From positions 96,001 to 160,000 of the forward strand of contig JANRKS010000007.1 of NCBI GenBank assembly GCA_033763315.1: a stretch of 64,000 bases of DNA, written 5' to 3'. Position 1 is the stretch's first letter. Every line of letters begins with the position of its first letter. This stretch comes from Deltaproteobacteria bacterium (lineage in GTDB: Bacteria > Myxococcota_A > Polyangia > Fen-1088). Shown here piece by piece: positions 31,328 to 40,751 of this stretch. The position numbers and the translations under genes were made by a program. The notes under the pieces were generated by a model. The model made no database searches, was not told where the DNA came from, and saw only the letters and a program-made list of their open reading frames with translations.

Positions 31328-33862
31328 TTACGGCGTGACTGTGGGCGCCCCGTCGCGTGCGGCTGTGACGAGGGTTTGCAGCAAGGTTTCTTTGCCCATC
31401 GCGTTTTGTGACGACACGAAGTGCCCGTCGTACGCCGCAGGCGTGAATTGTTTTTGGGCAGCGGTGAAGCCATTGAGGTTGGCCTTGGTGGCTACAGCGG
31501 CTTTCGGTACGCCCGGATAGTCGGTGAGCACCGGGCCCACCAGTGTGATGCCTGCAGCCAAGCCTAACTCTTGCTGGGTGGGCTCGGGTGAATACGTGTC
31601 CTTTTGACCATAGATGTGCAGCAAGTGTTTTGCAGGCACCATTGGAATAGGCGCGGCCACAATGCGACCCACAAGGTTCACGGGGTCGCTGCGATCAAAA
31701 TACATTTGCAGCACTGAAATCAGCGGATGGTTTTCGGGGCGCTTGAACGGATCCGCGCTGGCGTATTCCATTTGATCGCCCAAGATGGCGGGCAACGCGG
31801 CCTTGATGTTCACCGGTTTTTCTTTCGTCGTGAAGCTAAACGTCAGATATCCGCCAGACCCCGACAGCACAACGGTTTTATAGCGAGGATCAAAACCAGC
31901 GGCCGAAGCCGCGGCATTGGCGCCTTGTGAGTGGCCATAAAGATACAGCTTCGTTTTATCGAAAGTGACGTTGCCTTGGCTGTAGGCCTCGGCCACCTTG
32001 GCCATGGCGAACAGATCAGCCGCGCCCTGCAACGCCGTATCGCGCGCCGAGACGGGGTTAAGGAAATTGAATACGAGATCGTCCACCTTCTTCGTGGAAA
32101 CGCCCTTGCGCGTGCCATGCAAGGCACCATCGTACGAGAGCATGGCCATGGGCACGGCGGCGCCACCTGCGGCCACACCCGTGGCGAAATCTTGCGCCCA
32201 TGTGTTGCGGCCCGTGAGGTAACTGCCGCCGGTGCCGTGCGCGTAAACAACCACGGGCCAGCCCGCCGCGGGTTTCTCTCCCTTAGGAACCGTTAAAGAG
32301 AAACATACGTCTTCCGTCGTTTGAACCTTTGCCAGGCCCGAAACGGCGTCGTACTCGATGGCGCCACCTTGTTCAGGTGTTTCATACGGCCGCACGCCTG
32401 CTTGGAACACGGGCAACGTTACCAAGCCCTGGTATTCGTCGAACGCTGCGTTCGCTGGGGCCGCAAGGCAACCACGTTGTTTGTCGGCACCAACCACGCC
32501 GTCATCGCACGGAGAGATCGCTTCGCCGCATTTGACGATCGACTTGACGGCCAGGTTGGGCACGGGCGCCGCTTCCACAGCTTTTTGCAACGCCACCATC
32601 GCGGCTTCTGATTTTTGTACGGTGAAAACCGTGCCACCCACAAGCGGCGTGCCCGCCAAACCGCTTTTGGGGTCGGCGATAAAATCGCGCAACGGCTTGT
32701 AGCGGGTGTAGGCCTGCGCAAGCTCAGGATCCGCCGGCGGCGTGGCCGCCAACAGCGCCGCGAAATCAGCGTCTGGTGCAAAAGGCTGGTTGTCTTTGTC
32801 GGCCAACGGGCCCTTGATGATCACCGCGTAGGTTGCGCCGGCTTCCAAACGCCCGCTGATCCGCAGCGCCATGTAGCGCGGGCAAATGTAACGGCTGCCG
32901 GTGTTGGTGCCCGCTCCCCCCGTGGTGGCATTCCAACCAAAGCCAAGCGGCGTGCCGAAGGCGGGTGATCCGGGTGTCACGTTGAACACCCCCATGACGC
33001 CGGACGCACCCAACTGTGTGGTGTTTGGCCAACGGGAGAAGCGAAAGAACACGGTGCCATTGGGCGAGGCACCATCAATGTCGGCTTCGATGGCTTTGAT
33101 GTATCGATCCACCGGATCGATAGGAATGAGCCCCACGCCAGGACGCGGGAAATTCTTCATGCTGAGCTTGCCGTCTTTGAAGCGCGCGTCGTTCGGAAAC
33201 GGCAAGGCGAAGAAATCATCGCTGGCTGGATCCGCCGCGCGCGGCAGCTTGAACTTGATGCGTGCCGTGGCCTCTTCCGCCACGTCACACTTGGCACCCG
33301 TCCATGGCTTGAGCGCCAGCGGGGTGCTGCACACATTGGCGATGCAGAAAAGACCTGAAAAACAGCCACCCGGGCCCGTGCATGCGGCACCAATGTCGCC
33401 CGCGCCCGCCATGCGGCAGGAACCTTGGAGCCCATCGAGCACGCAGGCAAAGCCTGTGGCGCAATCGCCTTCGTTTGCACACGTGGCACCGTCACCGCCC
33501 CTGTTCATCGCGCGCGGCGTGCATGCCGTTTGTGGCAAGCCTTGCGCCGACGCCCCAAGCGCGCAGAAGTAATCAGGCAGACACTCGGCGGAAACGGTGC
33601 AGATGGCGCCAGGGCCCGAGGTGCCTTTGGGTTGGCACGTGGCCGTGGTGGGGGCGCACGTGAGGCCAAAGCGGCACTGGGTCTCCGCGGTGCAAGCGGC
33701 GCCCACGCCAAATCCGGCAGGAACGCCGTTGTTGCCGGTACCCGCTGAGCCGCCCGTGCCCATGCCCGAGCGATCGGCGTCCTCACTTTTGATGAAAAAA
33801 CACGCTGGGCTCACGAGAACCGCAGCCAACACTGCAACCACACCTAGGCGCTTATCCGACAT
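31328..33862 (-). CDS. Cys-rich lipoprotein with C-terminal alpha/beta hydrolase
   Basis: Lipobox SPAC, tandem G..C....C..GL.C repeats, PFPND, WPVVVYAHGTGG and GHSQG. Confidence 0.75.
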   Translation of the reverse strand: MSDKRLGVVAVLAAVLVSPACFFIKSEDADRSGMGTGGSAGTGNNGVPAGFGVGAACTAETQCRFGLTCAPTTATCQPKGTSGPGAICTVSAECLPDYFCALGASAQGLPQTACTPRAMNRGGDGATCANEGDCATGFACVLDGLQGSCRMAGAGDIGAACTGPGGCFSGLFCIANVCSTPLALKPWTGAKCDVAEEATARIKFKLPRAADPASDDFFALPFPNDARFKDGKLSMKNFPRPGVGLIPIDPVDRYIKAIEADIDGASPNGTVFFRFSRWPNTTQLGASGVMGVFNVTPGSPAFGTPLGFGWNATTGGAGTNTGSRYICPRYMALRISGRLEAGATYAVIIKGPLADKDNQPFAPDADFAALLAATPPADPELAQAYTRYKPLRDFIADPKSGLAGTPLVGGTVFTVQKSEAAMVALQKAVEAAPVPNLAVKSIVKCGEAISPCDDGVVGADKQRGCLAAPANAAFDEYQGLVTLPVFQAGVRPYETPEQGGAIEYDAVSGLAKVQTTEDVCFSLTVPKGEKPAAGWPVVVYAHGTGGSYLTGRNTWAQDFATGVAAGGAAVPMAMLSYDGALHGTRKGVSTKKVDDLVFNFLNPVSARDTALQGAADLFAMAKVAEAYSQGNVTFDKTKLYLYGHSQGANAAASAAGFDPRYKTVVLSGSGGYLTFSFTTKEKPVNIKAALPAILGDQMEYASADPFKRPENHPLISVLQMYFDRSDPVNLVGRIVAAPIPMVPAKHLLHIYGQKDTYSPEPTQQELGLAAGITLVGPVLTDYPGVPKAAVATKANLNGFTAAQKQFTPAAYDGHFVSSQNAMGKETLLQTLVTAARDGAPTVTP

Positions 33863-33992
33863 TTTTACCCTCGTTCCTTCGCACGGTCAGGGTACACCAA
33901 CTGGGGCAAAGCCGTAACGAAGACATCCGCCCCGCAACATCAGAACAACGGCACTGGTGCCTGCATGTGTTCTGGGTGGATAATCGGAAAGT

Positions 33993-35354
33993 ATGCCGAA
34001 AACGTCTGAAAACAACGTCCTTGATGAATTGCGCCAGGATCCCACCAACAAGGTGAAGGTGGCGATCACGGACATCGACGGCGTCTTGCGCGGCAAGTAT
34101 CTGCACAAGGACAAATTCTTCGGTGCCACTGAAGGCGGCTTCGGCTTTTGCAACGTCATCTTCGGGTGGGACGCCAACGACGTTTGCTACGACAACGTGA
34201 GCTTTACCGGCTGGCATACCGGTTACCCTGACGCTTTGGCCCGCCCTGATCTCAGCACCTTCCGCCGCGTGCCGTGGGACAACCACGTTCCGTTTTTTTT
34301 GGCCGACTTTGAAGACGCGCAAGGCGCGCCGTTGGCGATTTGCCCGCGCAAGCTGCTGCGGCAAGTGATCGAGCGGACGAAGGCGGCTGGATTCGAAGCC
34401 AAAACCGGCATGGAGTTTGAGTGGTTTAACTTCATTGAGACGCCGCAAAGCTGGAAAGACAAACACTTCACGAACCCGCAACCGATCACACCCGGAATGT
34501 TCGGCTATTCGCTGCTGCGCACCAGCCGCAACCTGCCGTTCTTCAACGCCCTGATGGACGAGATGCAAGCCTTTCGCATTCCCATCGAAGGGCTTCACAC
34601 CGAAACAGGCCCCGGCGTGTTGGAAGCCGCGATCCTTTACTCGGATGCGCTTGAATCTGCGGATCGCGCGGCGTTGTTTAAAACGGGCGCCAAAGAGATT
34701 GCCGCGCGGTTTGGGATCATGCCCACGTTCATGGCCAAATGGAACACCAAGCTGCCGGGCTCAAGTGGGCACCTGCACCAAAGCTTGTGGTCAGCTGGCA
34801 AGAACGCCTTTTACGACGCGCAAGCGCCGCATACCATGAGCGCCACGTACCAAAGCTATCTGGCCGGCATCCTAAAGTGCTTGCCCGAGATCTTGCCGAT
34901 GTTCGCGCCCACAGTGAACAGCTACAAACGTTTGGTGGATGGATACTGGGCACCCACGCGGGTGTCTTGGGGGGTCGACAACCGCACGGTTGCGTGTCGG
35001 GTGATCCCGGGCAGCGAAAAATCCACGCGACTTGAACTGCGTGTGCCTGGCGCCGACGTCAATCCTTACCTCTCTATCGCTGCGGCCTTGGCGGCAGGCC
35101 TATACGGCATCCAAAATCAGCTGCCGTTGACGCTGCCGCCCCTGACGGGCAGCGCGTATATGGCCGAACACGCTGAACGGTTGCCGCGAACCTTGCAGGA
35201 GGCCACGGCGCGCATGCGCGATTCTAAGATTGCACGCGAGCTGTTCGGGGCTGCTTTCGTTGATCACTTCGTGGCCACGCGAGACTGGGAGTGGCGACAA
35301 GCTCAAGAGGCTGTGACATCGTGGGAATTGGAGCGGTATTTCGAAATCGTCTGA
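33993..35354 (+). CDS. Glutamine synthetase-like gamma-glutamyl-amine ligase (PuuA/GlnA4-like)
   Basis: DIDGVLRGK, HTETGPG..E, GSSGHLHQSL, PTVNSYKRL, WGVDNR and E.R.PGADVNPYL. Confidence 0.85.
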   Translation: MPKTSENNVLDELRQDPTNKVKVAITDIDGVLRGKYLHKDKFFGATEGGFGFCNVIFGWDANDVCYDNVSFTGWHTGYPDALARPDLSTFRRVPWDNHVPFFLADFEDAQGAPLAICPRKLLRQVIERTKAAGFEAKTGMEFEWFNFIETPQSWKDKHFTNPQPITPGMFGYSLLRTSRNLPFFNALMDEMQAFRIPIEGLHTETGPGVLEAAILYSDALESADRAALFKTGAKEIAARFGIMPTFMAKWNTKLPGSSGHLHQSLWSAGKNAFYDAQAPHTMSATYQSYLAGILKCLPEILPMFAPTVNSYKRLVDGYWAPTRVSWGVDNRTVACRVIPGSEKSTRLELRVPGADVNPYLSIAAALAAGLYGIQNQLPLTLPPLTGSAYMAEHAERLPRTLQEATARMRDSKIARELFGAAFVDHFVATRDWEWRQAQEAVTSWELERYFEIV

Positions 35355-35381
35355 CGACGGCCGTGCGTAAAGGATCCACAC

Positions 35382-36518
35382 ATGAACAGGTTTTCTTTTC
35401 CCACTGACATTCAATTCGGCAACGGCGTGCGTGCGCGCGTCGGCGCACGCCTGCAGGCAGAGTCTGTGCGGCGGCCGCTCGTTGTCACCGACAAGGGCTT
35501 GGCCACCTTGCCGGCCGTGTTGGACCTGCAAAACGCACTGCGGAACGAAGGGCTGGCCACGGAGGTGTTCGCGGGCGTGTGGGGCAACCCGGTTAAGTCG
35601 CAGGTCTTGGCGGGCGTGGCGGCGTTTCGCGCCCACGCGGCTGACGGCATCGTGGGTATTGGCGGGGGCGCGGCGCTTGATGTGGCAAAAGCCATCGCGC
35701 TGATGGTGAATCACCCTGGTGATCTCTTCGACTACGAAGACGATTTGCCCGGTGCGCGGCCATTCGATCAACCCATTCCGTTCTGGGTGGCCGTGCCCAC
35801 CACGGCCGGCACCGGCAGCGAAGTGGGCCGCAGCGCCGTGATCTCGGATGATGAAACGCACGTCAAGAAGATCATTTTCTCGCCGCGTTTGCTCGCCAAA
35901 GCCGTGTTTGCGGATCCTGAGCTAACGGTGGGCCTGCCCGCGCACATCACGGCCGCCACAGGTCTCGACGCGTTAACTCACAACATCGAAGCGTTCTTGG
36001 CTAAGGCGTTTCACCCGATCTGCGATGGCATCGCGCTTGAGGGCCTGCGCCTGGGCGCGATGCACTTGAAGCAAGCGGTGAAGGTGCCCACGGATCTCGA
36101 GGCACGCGCGGGCATGATGATGTCTTCGATGATGGGTGCGATCGCGTTTCAGAAGGGATTGGGCCTTGTGCACTCCTGCGCACACGCTTTGGGAACTGTG
36201 TGCAACATGCACCACGGCTTGGCCAATGGCGTGATGATCGATCACGCGCTTGTGCACAACGTGGGCGTGGCCACCGATAAGTTCGTGCGGATGGCGCAAA
36301 CCGTGGGCATCAAGAATCCGGGACCAGAGGCGTTCATCGGTTGGCTGGAGACTTTGAAAGCCGACGTGGGCATACCAGCCACGCTGACGGCCGCGGGTGT
36401 GGCGCCTGCCGCGCTGCAAACTTTGGTGGATGTGGCTGTGGCAGACGCCTGCCATCCCAACAACCCACGCCCCTGCACGCGGGAAGATTTCCAACACATA
36501 CTGGAGGCGGCATTCTGA
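35382..36518 (+). CDS. Iron-containing alcohol dehydrogenase
   Basis: GGGAALD.AK, VPTTAGTGSEV, DALTHNIE, H..AH and HHGLAN. Confidence 0.9.
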   Translation: MNRFSFPTDIQFGNGVRARVGARLQAESVRRPLVVTDKGLATLPAVLDLQNALRNEGLATEVFAGVWGNPVKSQVLAGVAAFRAHAADGIVGIGGGAALDVAKAIALMVNHPGDLFDYEDDLPGARPFDQPIPFWVAVPTTAGTGSEVGRSAVISDDETHVKKIIFSPRLLAKAVFADPELTVGLPAHITAATGLDALTHNIEAFLAKAFHPICDGIALEGLRLGAMHLKQAVKVPTDLEARAGMMMSSMMGAIAFQKGLGLVHSCAHALGTVCNMHHGLANGVMIDHALVHNVGVATDKFVRMAQTVGIKNPGPEAFIGWLETLKADVGIPATLTAAGVAPAALQTLVDVAVADACHPNNPRPCTREDFQHILEAAF

Positions 36519-37309
36519 TGGCTCCGCTACGAATCGGACTTTCGGCAAATCTCATCCACGCCGATCCCCAGCGCCCTTTGTTCAAAGGCAAGACGCTGAA
36601 GTTCGTGGAACAGCAACTGTCGCATTGGATCATGACCGAGGGAGCGCTCGCGTACATGGTCCCGTTGCCTCCCAGCGACGGCCAACTGGCGCTTGAAGCT
36701 TACGTGCAGGACCTGGACGCGCTTGTGCTTCAAGGTGGCGCCGACGTCTCTCCGGCAAGTTACGGTGAATTGCCGATGCGCCCTGAGTGGTCAGGCGATC
36801 AAGTGCGCGATGAGTATGAGATGGCTTTGATTCGGATGTTTCTGCAAGTCGGCAAACCCGTGCTGGGTGTGTGCCGCGGTTTGCAAATCCTAAACGTGGC
36901 CATGGGCGGCTCGCTTTATCAGGACATCAACACGCAGCTTGAGGGTTCGCGGGTGCATCGCGACTGGGAGATCTACGATCAGAACTTCCACAACATCCGC
37001 ATCGTTCGCCCATCCCATCTGGCCAAGCTTTATCCAACGACGGCGATTGGCCGCGTATGTTCCGTACACCACCAAGCCATCAAAGCTTTGGGCAAGGGGT
37101 TGGTGGTGGAAGCCAGCTCTGTGGAAGACAACGTTGTGGAAGCGGTGCGCCTGACAGGACCCACGTGGGTTTACGGCGTGCAATGGCATCCCGAGTGGCA
37201 CGACGTGAACGACACATCTTTGATGGACAGCCGACCGCTGCTGCGTGACTTCCTCGCGGCTGCGGCGCAACGAAAAGCCGCAAGAGCGGGGACGAAGGCT
37301 CACACATGA
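36518..37309 (+). CDS. Gamma-glutamyl-amide hydrolase, peptidase C26 (PuuD-like)
   Basis: GGADV, LGVCRGLQILNV..GG.LYQD, HHQAI and GVQWHPE. TGATG overlap with the previous gene. Confidence 0.9.
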   Translation: MAPLRIGLSANLIHADPQRPLFKGKTLKFVEQQLSHWIMTEGALAYMVPLPPSDGQLALEAYVQDLDALVLQGGADVSPASYGELPMRPEWSGDQVRDEYEMALIRMFLQVGKPVLGVCRGLQILNVAMGGSLYQDINTQLEGSRVHRDWEIYDQNFHNIRIVRPSHLAKLYPTTAIGRVCSVHHQAIKALGKGLVVEASSVEDNVVEAVRLTGPTWVYGVQWHPEWHDVNDTSLMDSRPLLRDFLAAAAQRKAARAGTKAHT

Positions 37310-38682
37310 CAACAGCCGCGCTGCAAGTGTGGAACCCATCCACGGGACAAGTTGTGCAGACGCTTGAGGCGGACACGCCGGAATCCGTGCAGCACAAAGT
37401 GGCCGCCGTCAAAGCGGGCAGCGCTGCGTGGGCCTCCACGCCTGTGTTCGAGCGATGCGAAACCCTCGCGCGGTTTCGACACTTGGTGGTCCAAAACGCC
37501 GACGAGTTGGCACACACCACCACGCTTGAAACGGGCAAGCCCATCTCGCAGGCGCGCAACGAAGTGAAAGCGTTCGATGCGCGCTTGGCGTTCTTTCTGG
37601 AGCACGCGGCCGCGGAACTGCAAGCGCGCGAGGTTCATCAAGAAGCGGGGCTGCACGAACGAATCACGTGGGAGCCATTGGGGGTGGTGGCGAACATCTC
37701 GGCCTGGAATTACCCCTATTTTGTGGGTGGCAACGTTTTTGTCCCCGCCCTGCTTACAGGCAACGCCGTGGTGTACAAACCCTCGGAGTTTGCGGCCAAC
37801 ACCGGCCGAAAGCTTGTGGACCTTTTGTGGCAAGCCGGTGTGCCCAAGGACGCGTTGGCACTGGTTATCGGCGGTGGCGCCGCGGGATCGGCTCTGTTGG
37901 AGTCCCCGATCAATGCCGTGTTTTTTACGGGCTCCTACGCCACAGGCGTGCGGGTGGCGGCGCAGGCGGCGACTCACCTTTTGAAGGTGCAATTGGAGCT
38001 GGGTGGCAAAGATCCGATCTATGTCATGGAGGACGCCAACGTGGCGAGCGCCGCCGAAGCCACGGCCGACGGCGCCTTTTACAACGCAGGCCAAAGCTGC
38101 TGCGCGGTTGAGCGCTTATATGTGCACGAACGCATCTATGACGCCTTTGTTGAGCACTTCGTGAAAACCGTGGATGGCTTCGTGGTGGGCGATCCCATGG
38201 ATCCCAAGACGTACATCGGGCCGCTGACGCGTGCCGCGCAGCTTGACGTTCTCGAAGCGCAGGTGGCGGATGCGCTGGCGCATGGTGCACGCGTGCTGCG
38301 CGGGGGGCAGCGGCTGCAACGGCCGGGGTTCTATTTTGCGCCCACAGTGGTGGCGGACGCCAACCACCAGATGCAGCTGATGCGCGAAGAGAGCTTCGGC
38401 CCTGTCATAGGCATTCAGAAAGTGAGCTCCGACGACGAAGCGGCCGCACTTATGAAAGACACGCCGTATGGCTTGACCGCCGGCGTTTACGGCCAAGACC
38501 AAGGTCGCGCGATGAAGCTGCTCGGGCAGATGAACACCGGCTCGGTTTACTTTAACTGCTGCGACCGCGTGAGCCCCCGGCTGCCTTGGTCAGGGCGGGG
38601 GCACTCAGGCCTTGGCACAACGTTATCCACGCTCGGCATCGCCGCATTCTTGCAGCCGAAAGCGTGGCACCTTCGCGGCTAG
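37306..38682 (+). CDS. Aldehyde dehydrogenase
   Basis: WNYP, KPSE, FTGS, LELGGKD, NAGQSCCA and EESFGP. ATGA overlap. Confidence 0.95.
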   Translation: MTTAALQVWNPSTGQVVQTLEADTPESVQHKVAAVKAGSAAWASTPVFERCETLARFRHLVVQNADELAHTTTLETGKPISQARNEVKAFDARLAFFLEHAAAELQAREVHQEAGLHERITWEPLGVVANISAWNYPYFVGGNVFVPALLTGNAVVYKPSEFAANTGRKLVDLLWQAGVPKDALALVIGGGAAGSALLESPINAVFFTGSYATGVRVAAQAATHLLKVQLELGGKDPIYVMEDANVASAAEATADGAFYNAGQSCCAVERLYVHERIYDAFVEHFVKTVDGFVVGDPMDPKTYIGPLTRAAQLDVLEAQVADALAHGARVLRGGQRLQRPGFYFAPTVVADANHQMQLMREESFGPVIGIQKVSSDDEAAALMKDTPYGLTAGVYGQDQGRAMKLLGQMNTGSVYFNCCDRVSPRLPWSGRGHSGLGTTLSTLGIAAFLQPKAWHLRG

Positions 38683-38939
38683 CTGCCTATCAACAAAAGC
38701 TTGGGCTCATTGCGAACGGCGCGGCGAACTTCGATCAACGTCTCGTCGATGGGTGCTGGGTCGGTGGTGGAGATCATGGAACTCATAGCGTCCGGTAACT
38801 TATCGCGTCGCTCTAGGCGACTTCACGGTGACAGGAATTGAGCGTGCCAGTTGATGTGGACCGGGCCTTGAAGAATTCAGCGGTTCGAAGGAAACCATCC
38901 GTTGGATCGCGAAGGTTGCGAGTGATTTGTGAACGCACC

Positions 38940-39761
38940 TTAAAACAGCCCAAGCTGCTTCTCGAAGGGGATGGGCAGGACGCCGATGATGACCCATGGG
39001 TTTACTGCCACTTGGTGCCACTGCTGGGTGGTTCCGAGAAAGAGATGCAAATCCTTCTTTAGGAACTCGTCCATGTACTTCTGCCGGACCTTTGCTATCG
39101 CCTTCGACTCATCGCCATTTGCCAATTGCAGGCAGTTCCGGTAGAGCGCACCGATCTCCCAGTCGAGGATCTGCTGCTCGCTCTTCTTGCCGGCGGCGTC
39201 TTCAAACCTGTACGAAAATTTGTATGGCAGCTTCGGGATCACCCTAAAAGTTTCTCGCCAGGCGTTGTCCTCGAATAGCTCATGCTGTCGTGAGGCCTCG
39301 CGCATCTCCTTGACCTTGTTGATATCCCACTCTCGTTCGTCCTCTTCGACCACGAACTCCAAGATGCGGGAGGGCTTAAATACGGCGAGCGAGATTTGGT
39401 TCGCCTTCGCACCCGCGATCAGCTCCTCGAGGTTATCGTAGACGCGCGCCTTCTTCAGAAGGATCTCGCGACGCTCGCGCCAATTGTCGCCCGTGCTCAT
39501 CTTGCCGACGGGCACCAGCTCGCGCTGATCCATGGGGCGAAAAGTCTCCGGGCGGATGTCCACCGTGTTGCGTTGGAGCCGGCACTCGACCCAGTCGTAC
39601 TTACTGTACTGCTGCGTCTCATCGAGCCGTCGGAACGGGACCGGATAGATGCGCACCCAGCTCCCGTCCTCGCGGACACCGGCGGTACACACCGTCTCGC
39701 CATACTTCCGAGACAGCGTGGGGTACGTCTTGACGGTGATGAGAACTCGCTGCCTCTCCAT
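38940..39761 (-). CDS. DUF488-associated hypothetical protein (possible dual-OB-like)
   Basis: 273 aa with N-terminal ITVKTYP..S.KY.ETVCTAG....GSWVRIYP and later DWEIGALY and LFLGT. Lies 20 bp downstream of the DUF488 gene. Confidence 0.7.
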   Translation of the reverse strand: MERQRVLITVKTYPTLSRKYGETVCTAGVREDGSWVRIYPVPFRRLDETQQYSKYDWVECRLQRNTVDIRPETFRPMDQRELVPVGKMSTGDNWRERREILLKKARVYDNLEELIAGAKANQISLAVFKPSRILEFVVEEDEREWDINKVKEMREASRQHELFEDNAWRETFRVIPKLPYKFSYRFEDAAGKKSEQQILDWEIGALYRNCLQLANGDESKAIAKVRQKYMDEFLKKDLHLFLGTTQQWHQVAVNPWVIIGVLPIPFEKQLGLF

Positions 39762-39781
39762 CGTGCCCCCCCCCAACATTC

Positions 39782-40672
39782 TCAAAAGTGCTTGGCAGTG
39801 AGGTCCTCGCTGGCCTTGCCCGCGAGAGCTTCGGCGACACAATGGCGATGGCACTGGTTCGGCTGGTGCTCGTAGCAGGTCAGAGTTACGCGCTCGCCTG
39901 CATCAATCCAGTCCTCGATCTTCTTCAGCGCAGCCGCCTGCTTCGGAAGCCAGGTGCTCTCGTAGTGGGCAAAGAGCGCGTCGTAGTCGGCCTGCGTGTC
40001 GAGTGATTGCCGCTGCTCAGACGCGATACCGAGCTCGGGCAGGTGCTCATAGCGAATGCCGACGCCCTCGCACCCGCGCGCGAGCGTGTTCTTCGAGAAG
40101 CCGTACTTCCGGCTTATGGGGTTTCGGCGTACGTCGCAGAGGAGCGTGACGCCGTGCTTGAGTAAGATGTTTAGGTAGCTTTCAAGCGTGTGGCCCTCGT
40201 AGCCGATGGTGCTCAGCGCAGGGCCAGTCGCTTTGGCGCGGACCGCGTTAATGCGGGCAAGCGTGGCGGCGTCACCTTTGAGGACACGCTCGGCGATCTC
40301 GCTGCGTGTCGCGAAAAACGGGAAGCGCCGATACGTATCGGCGACCAGTGCATCCCCGTGCAGACCGCGATGCCGCTTCGCAAATGCCGCGAGCTGCATG
40401 TCCGTCGTGCGGGCGATGATTTTCCGCCCCTCGGCAGTGATCTGCCAGCCGTCCAAATCCTCCAGCAGCCCGCGCTCGATTAGCTTGCGACGATCTGCGT
40501 AGGACGTGAACGAGAACGCGCCGAACTTATACGGGACGAAATCGTAGGGCGCCTCTGCCGTAGGCGCCTCCTGACAGTAGAGGAATAGCAGCTTTTGGAA
40601 GTCGAGCATGCCTGACGTGCCGCCCAGCGCATCCAGAAGCTGCAATAGCTGGCGCTGCCGCGAGAACAGCAT
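39782..40672 (-). CDS. DUF488 protein with N-terminal wHTH-like domain
   Basis: TIGYEG, LCDVRRNP.SRKYGFSK, YEHLPELGI and LTCYE....CHR. N-terminal FQKLLFL..YDFVPYKFGAFS. Confidence 0.85.
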   Translation of the reverse strand: MLFSRQRQLLQLLDALGGTSGMLDFQKLLFLYCQEAPTAEAPYDFVPYKFGAFSFTSYADRRKLIERGLLEDLDGWQITAEGRKIIARTTDMQLAAFAKRHRGLHGDALVADTYRRFPFFATRSEIAERVLKGDAATLARINAVRAKATGPALSTIGYEGHTLESYLNILLKHGVTLLCDVRRNPISRKYGFSKNTLARGCEGVGIRYEHLPELGIASEQRQSLDTQADYDALFAHYESTWLPKQAAALKKIEDWIDAGERVTLTCYEHQPNQCHRHCVAEALAGKASEDLTAKHF

Positions 40673-40736
40673 CGGCGACGTCGAACGGGTGGATGTGTGG
40701 GAGGTGCAATTCATCCGGTTTGCTCTGGGCTTTGTC

Positions 40737-40751
40737 GCGGCACAGCCACGA
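40737..40751 (+). repeat. 15-bp direct repeat, copy 1
   Basis: GCGGCACAGCCACGA, identical to 49409-49423. Confidence 0.6.

Noticed and set aside
33949-33966. Sigma54-like CGGCACTGGTGCCTGCA upstream of the glutamylation operon
   Set aside because: GG-to-GC spacing is 11 rather than the strict 10.
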